64,000 bases of DNA, taken from NCBI GenBank assembly GCA_038496445.1, contig JALMLS010000577.1, forward strand, positions 682,001 to 746,000. Reading direction: 5' to 3'. Origin of the DNA: Trichosphaerium sp. ATCC 40318 (Eukaryota; Protista; Tubulinea). A model generated the notes under the pieces. It was not told where the DNA came from. It saw only the letters and a list, made by a program, of their open reading frames with translations, and ran no database searches. Within the stretch, counting starts at the first letter, position 1. The number at the start of each line of letters is the position of its first letter. This document shows positions 26,852 through 38,888 of the stretch, one piece after another. Position numbers and translations under genes: made by a program.

Positions 26852-29800
26852 ATGGAAAGAGAAGTGTCAACAACGACTATTGAACCAAATTCTATAGTAC
26901 CCGATGAACTGTGCTTAAAATGTTTTCCGTAAGTAAAAACGTACCCACTACGAGGCTAAGCGTTTTTGAGCAATTTCCTGATTTTCTTTCACCTAAAATC
27001 ACCACTAGGAGACTGACGTGTATTTACGCGTTGTAGCATGTGTTTGCGTACGTTAACTTTTTCTAAATGTTAAAAACTTAAAAATCGATAGCGCCGTTGG
27101 TACCATGTCAGTCGCGATTTTGAATGGTACAATGAACATTATAGCATTCTTTTTCCTTAGGAATTGACTCGGATTTACGGTAATGTCAATTTTCGTACCT
27201 TCTGCGATGGCATTGTCGTCAAGGAGAATATAATCGCTATGGGTACAATTAGGTGTCAACACGGCTCACACATTGTTATTTTATACGTTATGGGCTAAAA
27301 TAAAGATGGTACCACAATATGAACGTGTATGTACAATGTCGTTTTAAACGACGTTTATCGCTCGGAAAACGCTTAAAACGTTGGTTTGCTGTGTTAATAT
27401 TGTAGTCAGAGTTCCCCAATACCGATGTAGGGCAAGCGTGTACAAGCGTTTAAATGGTGTACATACATTTAATAGCTATTTGACATATGTTAATAAGGGT
27501 TTCAAGTCTGTACAGCCTTGGGTAATCTGTAAATTCCAATATTCCGTACTCCATTTACCCTAAGCAGTTTTACATTTTATGAAATACCATGAGTTATTGA
27601 AGGTCCTGTACTCTTTGAAAGTATAGTCCATACACTGTATATGATACAGCATAAATTTCAGCAATAGTTAAACAATTGTAGCAGCTATAGTTTCAAAGAA
27701 ACTGTTTTTGGTAAGTACTGAAGTATCTCCATGTAAAAAGTAAGTTCTGTCTCTAAAACTTCTGTAGTGGTAAAACATAACTACAGCAAGCTGTATGGAC
27801 CTCTGATTCAATAAAATACAAAGCAAGAGTGAGTATTTTGACATTTTCATTTAAATATTATGTTCATCAACTTCTATGAAAAAGTAACCTCCGTGTTTTG
27901 ATACCTAAATTATCAAATACTCTATAACTGCTAATAGGTAGACAATGGTTTATTGAGCACCTGCCGCCAAAAGGAAAGATTTGAAAAAGGTATCTGTGGG
28001 TTAGAATGATTGTTCAAAACAATGACCAATTTACAGCAATCAGGTATAGAGACGGGTGATGATAGCTTTATGTGGAACACTAAAAGTGATAAAAAATGCA
28101 AGAAACGACAGAATGTAATCCTTAATCACTATTGTGTTCAAGAATTACCTGCAAAACATGGTGGTGTTAGAGGAGAAGAATATGATCCCAGGCAGAAAAA
28201 ACTCGTTTTTGGATTCAATGAAATAGTTGATTGAAGTACACTATTAATTACCAGCAAGTTCTGGTGCAACCAAATTGTAGACACAAATGTGCTCTGAAGC
28301 ATACCCAAAATTTGGCCAAAAATAACGTTTTTGAGGTGTGCTAGACTTTTTTTGAAAGTGTGAACTGCTTACAAAAATCGTCCCTAGGAGGTTCCTGACG
28401 TGTATTTACGCGTTGTAGCATGTGTTTGCGTACGTTAACTTTATTCTAAATGTTAAAAACTTAAAAATCGATAGCGCCGTTGGTGTCAGTCGCGATTTTG
28501 AATGGTACAATGAACATTATAGCATTCTTTTTCCTTAGGAATTGACTCGGATTTACGGTAATGTCAATTTTCGTACCTTCTGCGATGGCATTGTCGTCAA
28601 GGACGCAATATAATCGCTATGGGTACAATTAGGTGTCAACACGGCTCACACATTGTTATTTTAATCTACAGTATTAATAGTGAACCACAACTTGCTAAGA
28701 TTGAGATTCGTCGTACATTATTGCCGCAATCTGGGTCAATTCGTTTTACGTTTTATTGATAACCAAATACCGTAGGATAGTTCTGATTACTGAAAACTTA
28801 GCTATTTATCTTGAGCAGTACTCAACAGAACGCTTGGCAGAAATTTTGACAACTAAAAACCCTTTTATTTTGGAAGGTAAACTCGAGAGACGTAACCTAA
28901 ATTACAAAATCAGAAATGACAAAGGGACACTAGTTAAAATAAAGCAGTATAGCAGCCTGTACAGAGTAGTTGGTGTAATGTGTGAACACCCAAACGTTCC
29001 AAGGCATTCTTTTAAACTGACTAAGGATGGAAAACTAGCCATTGTTTTTCATATTAACAGAAAGCAGTACGTGCTGCTGCAAGAAATCGTCCTTTTCTTT
29101 TCTTATTTTCCAAGTCAATTCATAGCACGTGCCGTTTTCTTACACTGAAAGTACATTCTTGTATCATTTTTCATTTGAACAAAGATCTTTTATTGTATAA
29201 AAAAGCCAATTTTCACGTGTATGAACTACCTTATTGCTAAGAGTTTATGTTTCACTTAGGTTGGAAACGATGATTTGTAACGGAGAATCAATACCGCTTT
29301 TACTTCATGAGTATTGTTTAACTGATTTGCAATATCTCTGTTGCCTTAAATTCGCATCGGTACAGCAAGATTTTAATGATATTTATTGTAACATGATTGA
29401 GCAAAGGTTGTTGATCTTAAATCTACTTATTGGTCAAAGACTCTCAGTCACCTAAGAAACAAACTCAGGAGTGACTACTATACACCTACGGTACATTTGT
29501 ATGACTACTATTAACTATATTTAACTGTGATTAGTCTGTTTCTTGTACATTAAAGCAGCCAGCTGCATTGAAAGTGAATATTCATGAGCACGACATCTCT
29601 TGGATGACATACATTGAAGATAACTTACACAGAGGTGAAGACAGCGCTTATTTTTTAGAAACAACTCTGGTCTCTTTATTAATTTTGCCTTGATGTAGCG
29701 TTTCAATACTCCACCCTAGCTTATTGGCCTAAGATTCAGTTGAATGCTTTCTATGACTTAGAAAGAAAACAGTTTGTTTCTGAAATACCCCAAGAAAAGA

Positions 29801-31178
29801 TATTTAAAGTCTCTTTTGATGGTGCACGATCAATCACAAACTTGTTCTAACAGATCCTTGTTTTAGGTGGTGTTATTGAAGCTGAAGATATTCTTGAAAA
29901 AAGAATCAAAGGTATTCAGCGCTATTCTTTCCAAGCCCCTAACGTTGGTCTTTTGTAGTACTGGCTTTGGTACTAGCCAAACCTGCACTTATAAGTGAAA
30001 ATACTGGCTGCAAGCTAAACAATGAACAGTTAGAGCCTCTTTGGAGAACTAAAGCAACTCTCATAGTAACGTGCAGTCGCGTATCAAGTTGCTGGTGCAA
30101 CGCGCTGAGTAGTAATATAAAGGATGGTTATGCATTAAAGATTGTACTTGTAACAACAGCAAAACAGTACAATAGTTACAAACAACAAGATATTTTAGAA
30201 GCAGGTAAGAATGTCTGGTGTTGTTGTTTCTCACTTTATAATAGATGTTGTTATTGTTTCATATCCTTTTTTGTGTAACCCTAGTTACATACATGTTGGC
30301 ATGAAAAGTGTTGCAAATTGTATTGCAACTAAGAAACCGTTTGTAAGAAAGAGAGCCAAGATGCTCACTAATCATCAGCGTTCAATTAGACCAAGAAAAC
30401 TAAGTGAAATGAGAAAGGTACTGATTAAATTTAAAGTCTAAGAAAAACGAAATTACTAATTATCACGTGATTTTAAAGGAAGCAAATAAATACAAGGATG
30501 GAGGAGCTACCTTCCCTTTTGTACTGAATAATTTTTACTGGCATCGTATCATCCTTGATGAAGTAAATCAAGTCTTTGATAAAAAGGAACATTTTTATGT
30601 TGAAGAATTATCTTCATTCGAAGGAAGATCTAGGTGGGTTGTAAATACAACGCCTTTTCCAAACTGGTACAATACATCTTACTTTTTCTTATTGATCTTG
30701 ATGTTCACAGTTCTTTTTTATCCTTCTTAACTTTACTGAAGCCTTGATCTTGATATCAAGATTTTCTTTTGTTTGGATATAGTTTCTTAAGTTAGGCGTG
30801 ACCGTCACTGTACTTACTCTTTATTTTTAGGTTTACAATAAGAAATATAATGAAGTTCCTAAGGCTAAGATCTAGTGACCCACAATTTGAAAAAAACACA
30901 TTAGAATACACTAAGTACGTCTTTTTTATTCTTTACTTTTCGAGATTATTTATTAACTTATTTGTAGCTCGGTCATTGCTGATATACTTTTCTCCAATCT
31001 TTATTGGTAAGAAATAAGCAGTTTTCTTTCAAATTGTATTTACTAAGTGTTTGTAGGAGGTGTAGCACAACAACTAAAGAAGAAATTTGAAAATGTTTAT
31101 CATTTAAAAAAGTGCAAGATCAATAATAAACCAAAACTCTTTTCACTGTCACGTGTCAAAAGTGTTTTAGAACTATAA
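26852..31178 (+). pseudogene. Disrupted F-box / SNF2-like (Rad5/16-type) gene region with internal duplication
   Basis: F-box-like PDELCLKCF...ACVCRRWYHVSRDFEW; SNF2-like remnants GGVIEAEDILEKR, TKATLIVT, WHRIILDEVN, RWVVNTTPFPN; in-frame TAG at about 27158 and further stops; Walker A not recognisable. Confidence 0.6.
27005..28663 (+). repeat. Direct repeat of about 280 bp (27005-27283 and 28385-28663) flanking about 1.1 kb
   Basis: Near-identical sequence from CTGACGTGTATTTACGCG to CACATTGTTATTTTA; the second copy has small indels. Confidence 0.95.
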
Positions 31179-31304
31179 AAGAGCGTGCTGCGTTTTATGA
31201 ATTATTATTTACTTGAACCGATGTACCTGTATTGTATGCGTATCGATTACTTTAAAGGCAATGAGTAATGAACATTGTTTATTTTTAGTGTACATTAAAA
31301 GGTA

Positions 31305-32402
31305 CTACAGACAAAGAGACACAAGTGTTACAATAGAAAAAATGTACATCATACAAGTAATAGGTTTCAACTTTGTTGATAGAGACCTTATTGTTGTTGT
31401 TGGTTGAGGTGTTGGTGTTGAATTAGTTGGAGATAGTGCGATACTTGAAGTTGGGGCTGATGTAGTAGGCGTTGCAGTTGTTGGCGCCACAGATGGCATT
31501 GGGGCTGTTGGAGGCTGTGTAGTTGGAGGAGCTGTAGGTGCTTCTGTTGTTGGAGGTGCAGTTGGAGGAAACGTTGTTGGTGGTGTAGTTGGTGATGAAG
31601 TTGTAGGAGGGAGTGTTGTTGGAGGCAATGTAGTTGGAGGTAATGTTGTTGGAGGTGGTGTTGTAGGAGGTAATGTAGTTGGAGGTAGTGTTGTAGGAGG
31701 TAATGTTGTAGGAGGTAGTGTTGGAGCTATCGTTGTAGGTGGTTGTGTGTAATTAAATACTGCAGTGGTTATTCCACTATCTACTAGTTGTCTTGGGAGA
31801 GAAAATCTACAGATATGAGGTTATAAAAAGAGCGAGGATCATTGGCACTTACGTGAGATATGTTGTATTGAAATCAACATCCCTGAGTAAGCGGTAAGTT
31901 GTTGCTGTAAGGTAAAAACCTAACAAAGGCATTTAGTAAAAAGTAACCTTAACAAGCACAAGCACAAAAAAGGCTGAGTTTAAACTGTTCTGTTTTAATG
32001 TACCAGTTACAACGGGTTGATCAAAAGTGCACTCGAATTTTACAGTAGAACCTACATTCATGGTTGTGGTTCTGTGTTCTGAGAAGGTTAATGAGTCAGA
32101 GCCAAAATTAGCGCTATAATCAGCTAATAAGGTGAACGAGTATTCTGTTGTTGCGTCTACTGTAAACGACGAAACAGTTGATGGCGGTATATTTCCGCCA
32201 AAGGAGAGTGAGCATGTTCCTGTGTCTCCGTCACCTAACTACGTTAGCTTCTTCCGCAATTAAGTGAGTAGACCACAGAGCGTTTTTTGTATTTTCGCTT
32301 GTGGATAGAGCTGATTTTGCGTGTTTTCGTGTTTAATGTTGACGTACTTATTGATAAGACTATTGTGAAAAGGGTACATAAAACTAGAAATGCTTTAATC
32401 AT
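31305..32402 (-). CDS. Mucin-like Pro/Thr-repeat surface protein, probably GPI-anchored (copy A)
   Basis: Signal peptide MIKAFLVLCTLFTIVLSI, small globular domain, (T/L)PPTT repeats, hydrophobic C-terminus MMYIFSIVTLVSLCL*. Confidence 0.85.
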
Positions 32403-33090
32403 GGTGATAGTCTTTAGAAATTAAAAACTCCGAAGGTCTAGTTTCCGAAAATTTCGCACTATTGCCAGAAAACACAAATCTATTTCTGAAATTGTATCCA
32501 ATATCTAAAGGGAGGTTTGATAGTGTGGTTTGAGGCAAGCTCAGAGCTAGTGCGTTGTTGTTTTTTTTGTAACTTGAAAAGTAATTGTACACGATTTTCG
32601 GCTGCAGCCAAAAAACAACCTCGGTCTTTTGTTTTTTTCGCCGCTAACACAAATTAAAGAAAAAACATGGTACAACACATGGTTGTAAAGTGTTACGTGA
32701 ATGATATTAACCAACCGGCAAAATATGGTCATCAACCAATTCGTGACACAAAAAATGCAAGTTGAGAATAGTATTGGAAGTAAAAGGCACAAAACAAAAT
32801 AAATATTGTATTTTCGCTTGTTCATAGGTATCTGACTGCTAATTTTTTTGTGGTATTCACTGAAAAGATTTCACACTTGACACTTCTTTAGGAAGCAGCG
32901 AATTCTTGAAGAATGGTTATGCGTATTCGATTGAGTATGAACAAGAACTATGACCAATCAGTGACATTTCAGGTGCCATCAAGCACCTCTAACCTCAAAC
33001 ATTAGGTTGTAAAAGGACATCCAAAACGTGTTTGAGAAATAATGCTCACAAAACAAGCGTAAAGTCAGTAGTAGAAGTGCTGTGTATTAC

Positions 33091-34082
33091 TCAGATTCCA
33101 TGCGACAAGACCATTTCAGATGCTAAGTGAACAAAGGCTTCGTTAACTAAATTAAGGTTAAGGTACTAAGGTGACGAGACAAACAAGTTTTTTACCATTT
33201 TTAGAATCTTTAGATGATATTTCAAAGTATGTAAGAGCAAATTCTTCAGCAAAATCCTAAAGATAGTTAGAAAATAACCTAGTGTCAGTAGCACTAATGC
33301 CTTTGCAACTTCATAGTCTACGATACGCTCACTGCTGAGGTCGCTTTTGGATCCAACAAGTATTTTCTGAACATCGTCACTTGCATACCTGTCACAGAGC
33401 TGAAGATACCTTATGATGTGGTCATAACTTTCTTTGTTAGTAACATCATACACAACAATGATACCATGAGCTCCTCTATATGTACTAGAAGAAGGGTTTT
33501 GTCTTTCTCTACCTATAGACAAAGGTTTAGTTAGGGACCAAATCTGATAATAATATCAAACCAAATAATTATAAACCCACGTTGACATACGGTAACTTTG
33601 ATATATTTGTAACTTCACTCTTTTTCCATTGATATTTACAGTTTTAGTAATCTATATGTAAAAAACTCACGTGATAAGAATATAAAACAAGGCTCAACAA
33701 AAAGTGTGAATACTCTGTTTTTCTTTGACACGAAAACCAAAAAGTGGAAAACAAAAGTTGAACTTACAAAGTCTTTTGTTTCCTGAATGTGCGTTTCGGA
33801 AAAAGTATCATCAACAAATCTTTGCGCCATATTACTCTTTCCTACGTCATTATCTCCTAGCATAACGATTTTGAATAAATAATCACTAACAATGGAGTCA
33901 GGAAAGTATTAAACAACAAATTCTACTGTACTATGCGGTTTTAGACTCTCTGGTTGCCGTTGAAGGCTTTGGAACGCCTATCTCATGTATTAGCTTTCAA
34001 ACATTGTCATTCAAGAGTAAGCAGAGCAATATCCTTTCTCAATACCTTTTTGTGGTTTTTTTGTGCTGCTCTTACTACCCAT
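33091..34082 (-). CDS. Atypical Rab1/Rab8-like small GTPase (N-myristoylation motif, no DxxG, no C-terminal Cys)
   Basis: Spliced: MGSKSSTKK..YDYLFKIVMLGDNDVGKS..KRVKLQIYQSYRRERQNPSSSTYRGAHGIIVVYDVT..LVGSKSDL..FEISSK..EMVLSHGI*. Confidence 0.85.
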
Positions 34083-34283
34083 ATGGAGTTTTGTTGCTTG
34101 TTTGCTCTTTCAAAGAAAACGTAACTACTTATTGGGTTTAGTTGGTTACAAATGTAACCTACCACGTGTACTCCATCTGTGAGTATGGTGCATGCTTTAA
34201 TTGGTTGCAAGAGTAACGTGAGAAGGTAAGCAAGACATTCTCTCTTTTACAATTGATTTATTTGTGTGCGTGTGTAGAATATT

Positions 34284-35961
34284 TTACAGAGTAACAGACT
34301 TTATAACACCAATCATAGATACAGTCTACAAAAATCAATTTAACTCTAAGTTTCAATAATTTAATGCCGTACTGTTACTCCTTCACGAATAATGATAGTA
34401 CCTAGCTTCGATATATTGCAGTAAGCAGTACAGAAAAGTGGCTTTGAAGGTGTAAATCTTACAAGAGCAACATCACCTTTCAAAAGATACTTTGGGTTTT
34501 TAGCAGCACGTTTTTTGGGGTGACTGATTTCTAAAATTTCATCCATCCTACAACTCATAGTGGCCGTGTGAACACCTAAAATGATTACTAAAGTTAGTAA
34601 AGATCAACCTCAACTTCAAACAACGTAACTGCAGAAAGGAGAGAACCCAGCATGTATTTCATTAGGAAGATAAATAACTTTGACTTGAGCTATAAATTCT
34701 GACACATAACAGACGCTTGTGGGTTCCTCCAACGTTTGCTCTATAAGTACACAACCCCTAGAAACCCCATCGTATTCAATATCTATATGTATACCTACAG
34801 ATTCACCAGCAAAAGCCTAAACCAAAAAGAGTAAGATATTGTCAAAACACATCATAAATACAGTACCTTGTCTAAAGGTTTGTTGAACATTTCAATCATT
34901 TGTACCGTTACTTTACGTCCTGTAGGAGCCACAATAAGTGTTTGACCTACTTTAATGCTACCTCTTGCTATGTATCCAGTAACTACAGTACCAATACCAC
35001 TAATCTTATGCACTTGGTGTACCGGCATACAAAATGGCGAATTAATGTCCAATACCGCTGGAGGTAAATTATCTATAATCTCAGTTAAACAATCTCCTTT
35101 CCACCAAGAAAAACGTCTTGACGTTCTAAATACGTTTTCATCTGTTAACGGAGCAACGGGGCAAAACCTAATATTGGTACGTTTGTACCCAGCCCTAAGA
35201 GCTTCTTAGCATACATCACTTTTGTAAGCATCACAATTTCCTTTAAAAAAACATTTCGCGTACTTTTTAAGTCCACGTGACACTATTTCTACTGCTTTAT
35301 CAAATATATTTGAATCAGGATTTGAACGAATAAAATTGATTGCAATGATAATGAACTTAAGACCTTGTGCATAGGCTATTGATGCAAGTTTGGTTAAAAC
35401 CTCAGGATTTGGATAATTAGCCGAGATTACAACCAAACCAATATTAGCTTGTGTGTATCCAATAATAGCATTCTTAATACAAGCCACACTCCCTGGAGTA
35501 TCTATCAAGGTAACCTAGTAAATGATAAACAAGAGGTCAAAAGAAAAGCCAAAAAAACTCACATGTCTGTTTTGTATTTCGAAATGTGTTGTGAATGTAG
35601 TTCTTCTCATAGGGACTTCTCTTTCACATAACGGATATGGATTTACAAAACTTGCATAACTGAAAGAACGTCTATCTACTAAACCTTGTCTAATACGTTC
35701 ATGACTAGCTTTACGCCTTCGAAAAAAGAAAAAAGTAAGAAAACATATTTGTTTGCAGAAAAAAACAACTCTCCAACTATGGACACGTAACACGTAGTCG
35801 CTTGCAAGGATTGTATACAATAATGATGGATATAATTCGTACTCTTCTGACATATCACCACAATTGTAGTATAAACTTCCTGCAAGGGTAGATTTACCAG
35901 TCTCTGTTGGACCAAAAACTGCAATGCTTAAGTTTGGTTTCGATCTTCTATTGTAGTCCAT
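34284..35961 (-). CDS. Divergent eEF1A-like translational GTPase paralogue
   Basis: GPTETGKSTLAGSLYYNCG, LIDTPGS, PVHQVHKISGIGTVVTG, domain III KGDVALVRFTPSKPL; all three EF1A domains are colinear; ends IGVIKSVTL*. Confidence 0.88.
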
Positions 35962-36374
35962 TTTTGGTAATTGGAGTTGTCTAAAATACAAAGTAAGTCA
36001 GGTGTAAGGCGTGTTTGAATAAGTACAAACACTAAATGTTTTGTTCAAAAAAACAATACAGGGTGGAAAAGGACTTAAATTGTCGTGTTTCGATAAATTC
36101 CAGCGTAATCGCGTTGATTTCGAGAGTTTGAACGGGTTTTCGTTACGAACGTAATGATAAATTTAGTATAAGGCTCTTTTGACCTACAACGCAATAATAT
36201 AGCGTATTTTCATTAATTTAAGAGTATTATGTACTTTAACTGGTATTCAACACGCAAGTGTGGTATTAATGGTACGCAATTCTGTTGATTTAGCGAACAG
36301 CCAGTGTGTTTAATTAAACGAAGTGCATTTAAGGGCCCTTAAGTCATCGTAGTACTTTTGGCCCGTTATAATGT

Positions 36375-36632
36375 TGTAGTCCAATTGTTTGACCACCATT
36401 CGAATAAAGCAATCTCTTGTAAACTAAGTAACAACACTGTCTATTTCCATATCGGCGAAGAGAAAAAAGCGAGATAACCTTTAATGCCAATCTAAAAAAC
36501 ACATTCGCAGTTCAAAGAGGAACCACTACCAGCGTTTTGTAACATACAGCTATTAGCCAGACCTTGATAACATGTTGCTTAGATCCCATATCCTTTTACT
36601 CTCAGGTTGAGGTATGTTGGTTCCTGTTCATG
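36375..36632 (-). pseudogene. Deleted fragment copy of the 3' exons of the neighbouring FAD-oxidase gene
   Basis: Same-strand matches to 39205-39560, e.g. GTAACAACACTGTCTATTTCCATATCGGCGAAGAGAAAAAAGCGAGATA and GAGGTATGTT(G/A)GTTCCTGTTCAT, with internal deletions. Confidence 0.8.
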
Positions 36633-37172
36633 ACCGTCCGGTCCACTCTATGAGGTTTTCACATTTTACAACAACATCATTGGCACTCACGGCTACAGTT
36701 CTATACTAAGCCCCAAACTAGCTGTAGATACAATGCACATAATGCATACCAATTACTGCTTCGCGAAAAATACTTCCAATACTATTCTCAAGGTGTTTTT
36801 TTTGTGTCACGTTTTTGTTGAATCATATTCTACATGCTACGGGTTAATATTATTCACGTAACACTTTACAACAATCAATTATTTGTGTACTGTGTTGGTA
36901 ATATTTCGTGTCTTCCTTCTCATCTCTTAATTTTTGTTCGGGTTTCAACAGCGAAAAAGGCAAACCAAAAGATGTTTGACCTGTATGTCAGACTTTCGGT
37001 CTATAACTACCTTTCGAGCAATACAGCAACAACTATGCACGAGAGTTATCAACTTGCCTCAGACCACACTATCAGCCACAATTCAATATTTTCCAATTCA
37101 AAGAATTTGAGTTTTGTGCAAATTGTTCGGAAACTAGACCTTCGGAGTTTTTAATTTCTAAAGACCATCACC

Positions 37173-38456
37173 ATGATTAAAGCATTTCTAGTTTTATGTA
37201 CCCTTTTCACAATAGTCTTATCAATAAGTACGTCAACATTAAAGACGAAAACACGCGAAATCAGCTCTATCCACAAGCGAAAATACAAAAAACGCTCTGT
37301 GGTCTACTCACTTAATTGCGGAAGAAGCTAACGTAGTTAGGTGACGGAGACACAGGAACGTGCTCACTCTCCTTTGGCGGAAATATACCGCCATCAACTG
37401 TTTCGTCGTTTACAGTAGACGCAACAACAGAATACTCGTTCACCTTATTAGCTGATTATAGCGCTAATTTTGGCTCTGACTCATTAACCTTCTCAGAACA
37501 CAGAACCACAACCATGAATGTAGGTTCTACTGTAAAATTCGAGTGCACTTTTGATCAACCCGTTGTAACAGGTACAACTAAAAAAACCAGTTTTACGTTG
37601 GGATGTTATGGCAAAACAATATTGTTGAAAAAATCACGTGTTTGCACTACTACAACTTTCTTTTTTTTTTGCCAGGATTTTGTATACAAAATAAAGTAGT
37701 TTTAAACAGGTGGAGTTCACAGTGAACCAAACGCTGCTGAAAATTGAGAATAGCTAACAAAAAATACAATCTGGCTCATTGTGCTATTTATTACTGATTT
37801 TACACGGCTTCAAGTTCACTACATTACTATTTTTCAACATGCTATAAATCTGGCATACAAAAACTAAAGGCCTTTTTGAGCATATCTTTCTGTATTTCTA
37901 ATGCATTAGTTAGGTTTTTATCTTACATCAACAACTTACCGCTTACTCAGGGATGTTGATTTCAATACAACATATCTCACGTAAGTACCAATGATCCTCG
38001 CTCTTTTTATAACCTCATATCTGTAGATTTTCTCTCCCAAGACAACTAGTAGATAGTGGAATAACCACTGCAGTATTTAATTACACACAACCACCTACAA
38101 CGATAGCTCCAACAACATTACCTCCAACAACGCTCCCTCCTACAACTCCACCACCAACTACACCACCAACAACGTTTCCTCCAACTGCGCCACCAACAAC
38201 AGAAGCACCTACAGTTCCTCCAACTACACAGCCTCCAACAGCCCCAATGCCACCTGTGGCGCCAACAACTGCAACACCTACTACATCAGCCCCAACTTCA
38301 AGTATCACACTATCTCCAACTAATTCAACACCAACACCTCAACCAACAACAACAATAAGGTCTCTATCAACAAAGTTGAAACCTATTACTTGTATGATGT
38401 ACATTTTTTCTATTGTGTGTTTCTTTGTGTCTGTAGTATCTTTTAATGTACACTAA
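37173..38456 (+). CDS. Mucin-like Pro/Thr-repeat surface protein, probably GPI-anchored (copy B)
   Basis: Same exons as copy A, with fewer PPTT repeats, a longer second intron and a different final peptide (..SIVCFFVSVVSFNVH*). Confidence 0.85.
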
Positions 38457-38888
38457 AAATAAACAATGTTTATGATACATTGCCTTTAGCTTGTGCCGTA
38501 TACTCAAGCAAATGGTAATTAATGAATAGAAAGTAAAATACAGCAATCTCTTGTATCTTTCTAAAACTTGGTGACAAGTGACAGTAAACTCGCGCTTTCT
38601 TAAAATGATAAACACTTTCAAATTTCTTCTTTTGTACTCATGGTAAGTAATGGTTATTGTTTCGTAGAATGACAATAACCAATGCTTGAAAATCATGTGT
38701 CAAGCAAAATAGAAACACTTATTTGTTGAACTTCCCGTCTTGGTTGCTTTTGAACACCTTAGCGGCAGTTTTTATTTGTCTATCTTGCTATTTATTTATT
38801 TCGTTTAACAAATACAATCTTTCTAGTTAGCATAAAGTACAAGTACATCATGATGACAGTGAGTACTCTGAGAATGATATGATATATG

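Larger units (their letters stand above)
31075..38632. repeat. Large inverted duplication (arms about 31075-32781 and 36771-38632)
   Basis: Reverse-complement match, near-identical across the mucin-gene exons and first intron, visibly diverged in the flanks and second intron. Confidence 0.92.

Noticed and set aside
33091-35961. Single eEF1A-Rab fusion protein
   Set aside because: The eEF1A-like frame ends with TAA at 34284-34286 at the normal domain III end, and the Rab gene has its own ATG at 34082.
38081-38308. Gly/Val-rich ORF, plus similar antisense ORFs at 43231, 51994, 52226 and 62611
   Set aside because: These are reverse-strand shadows of real coding exons.
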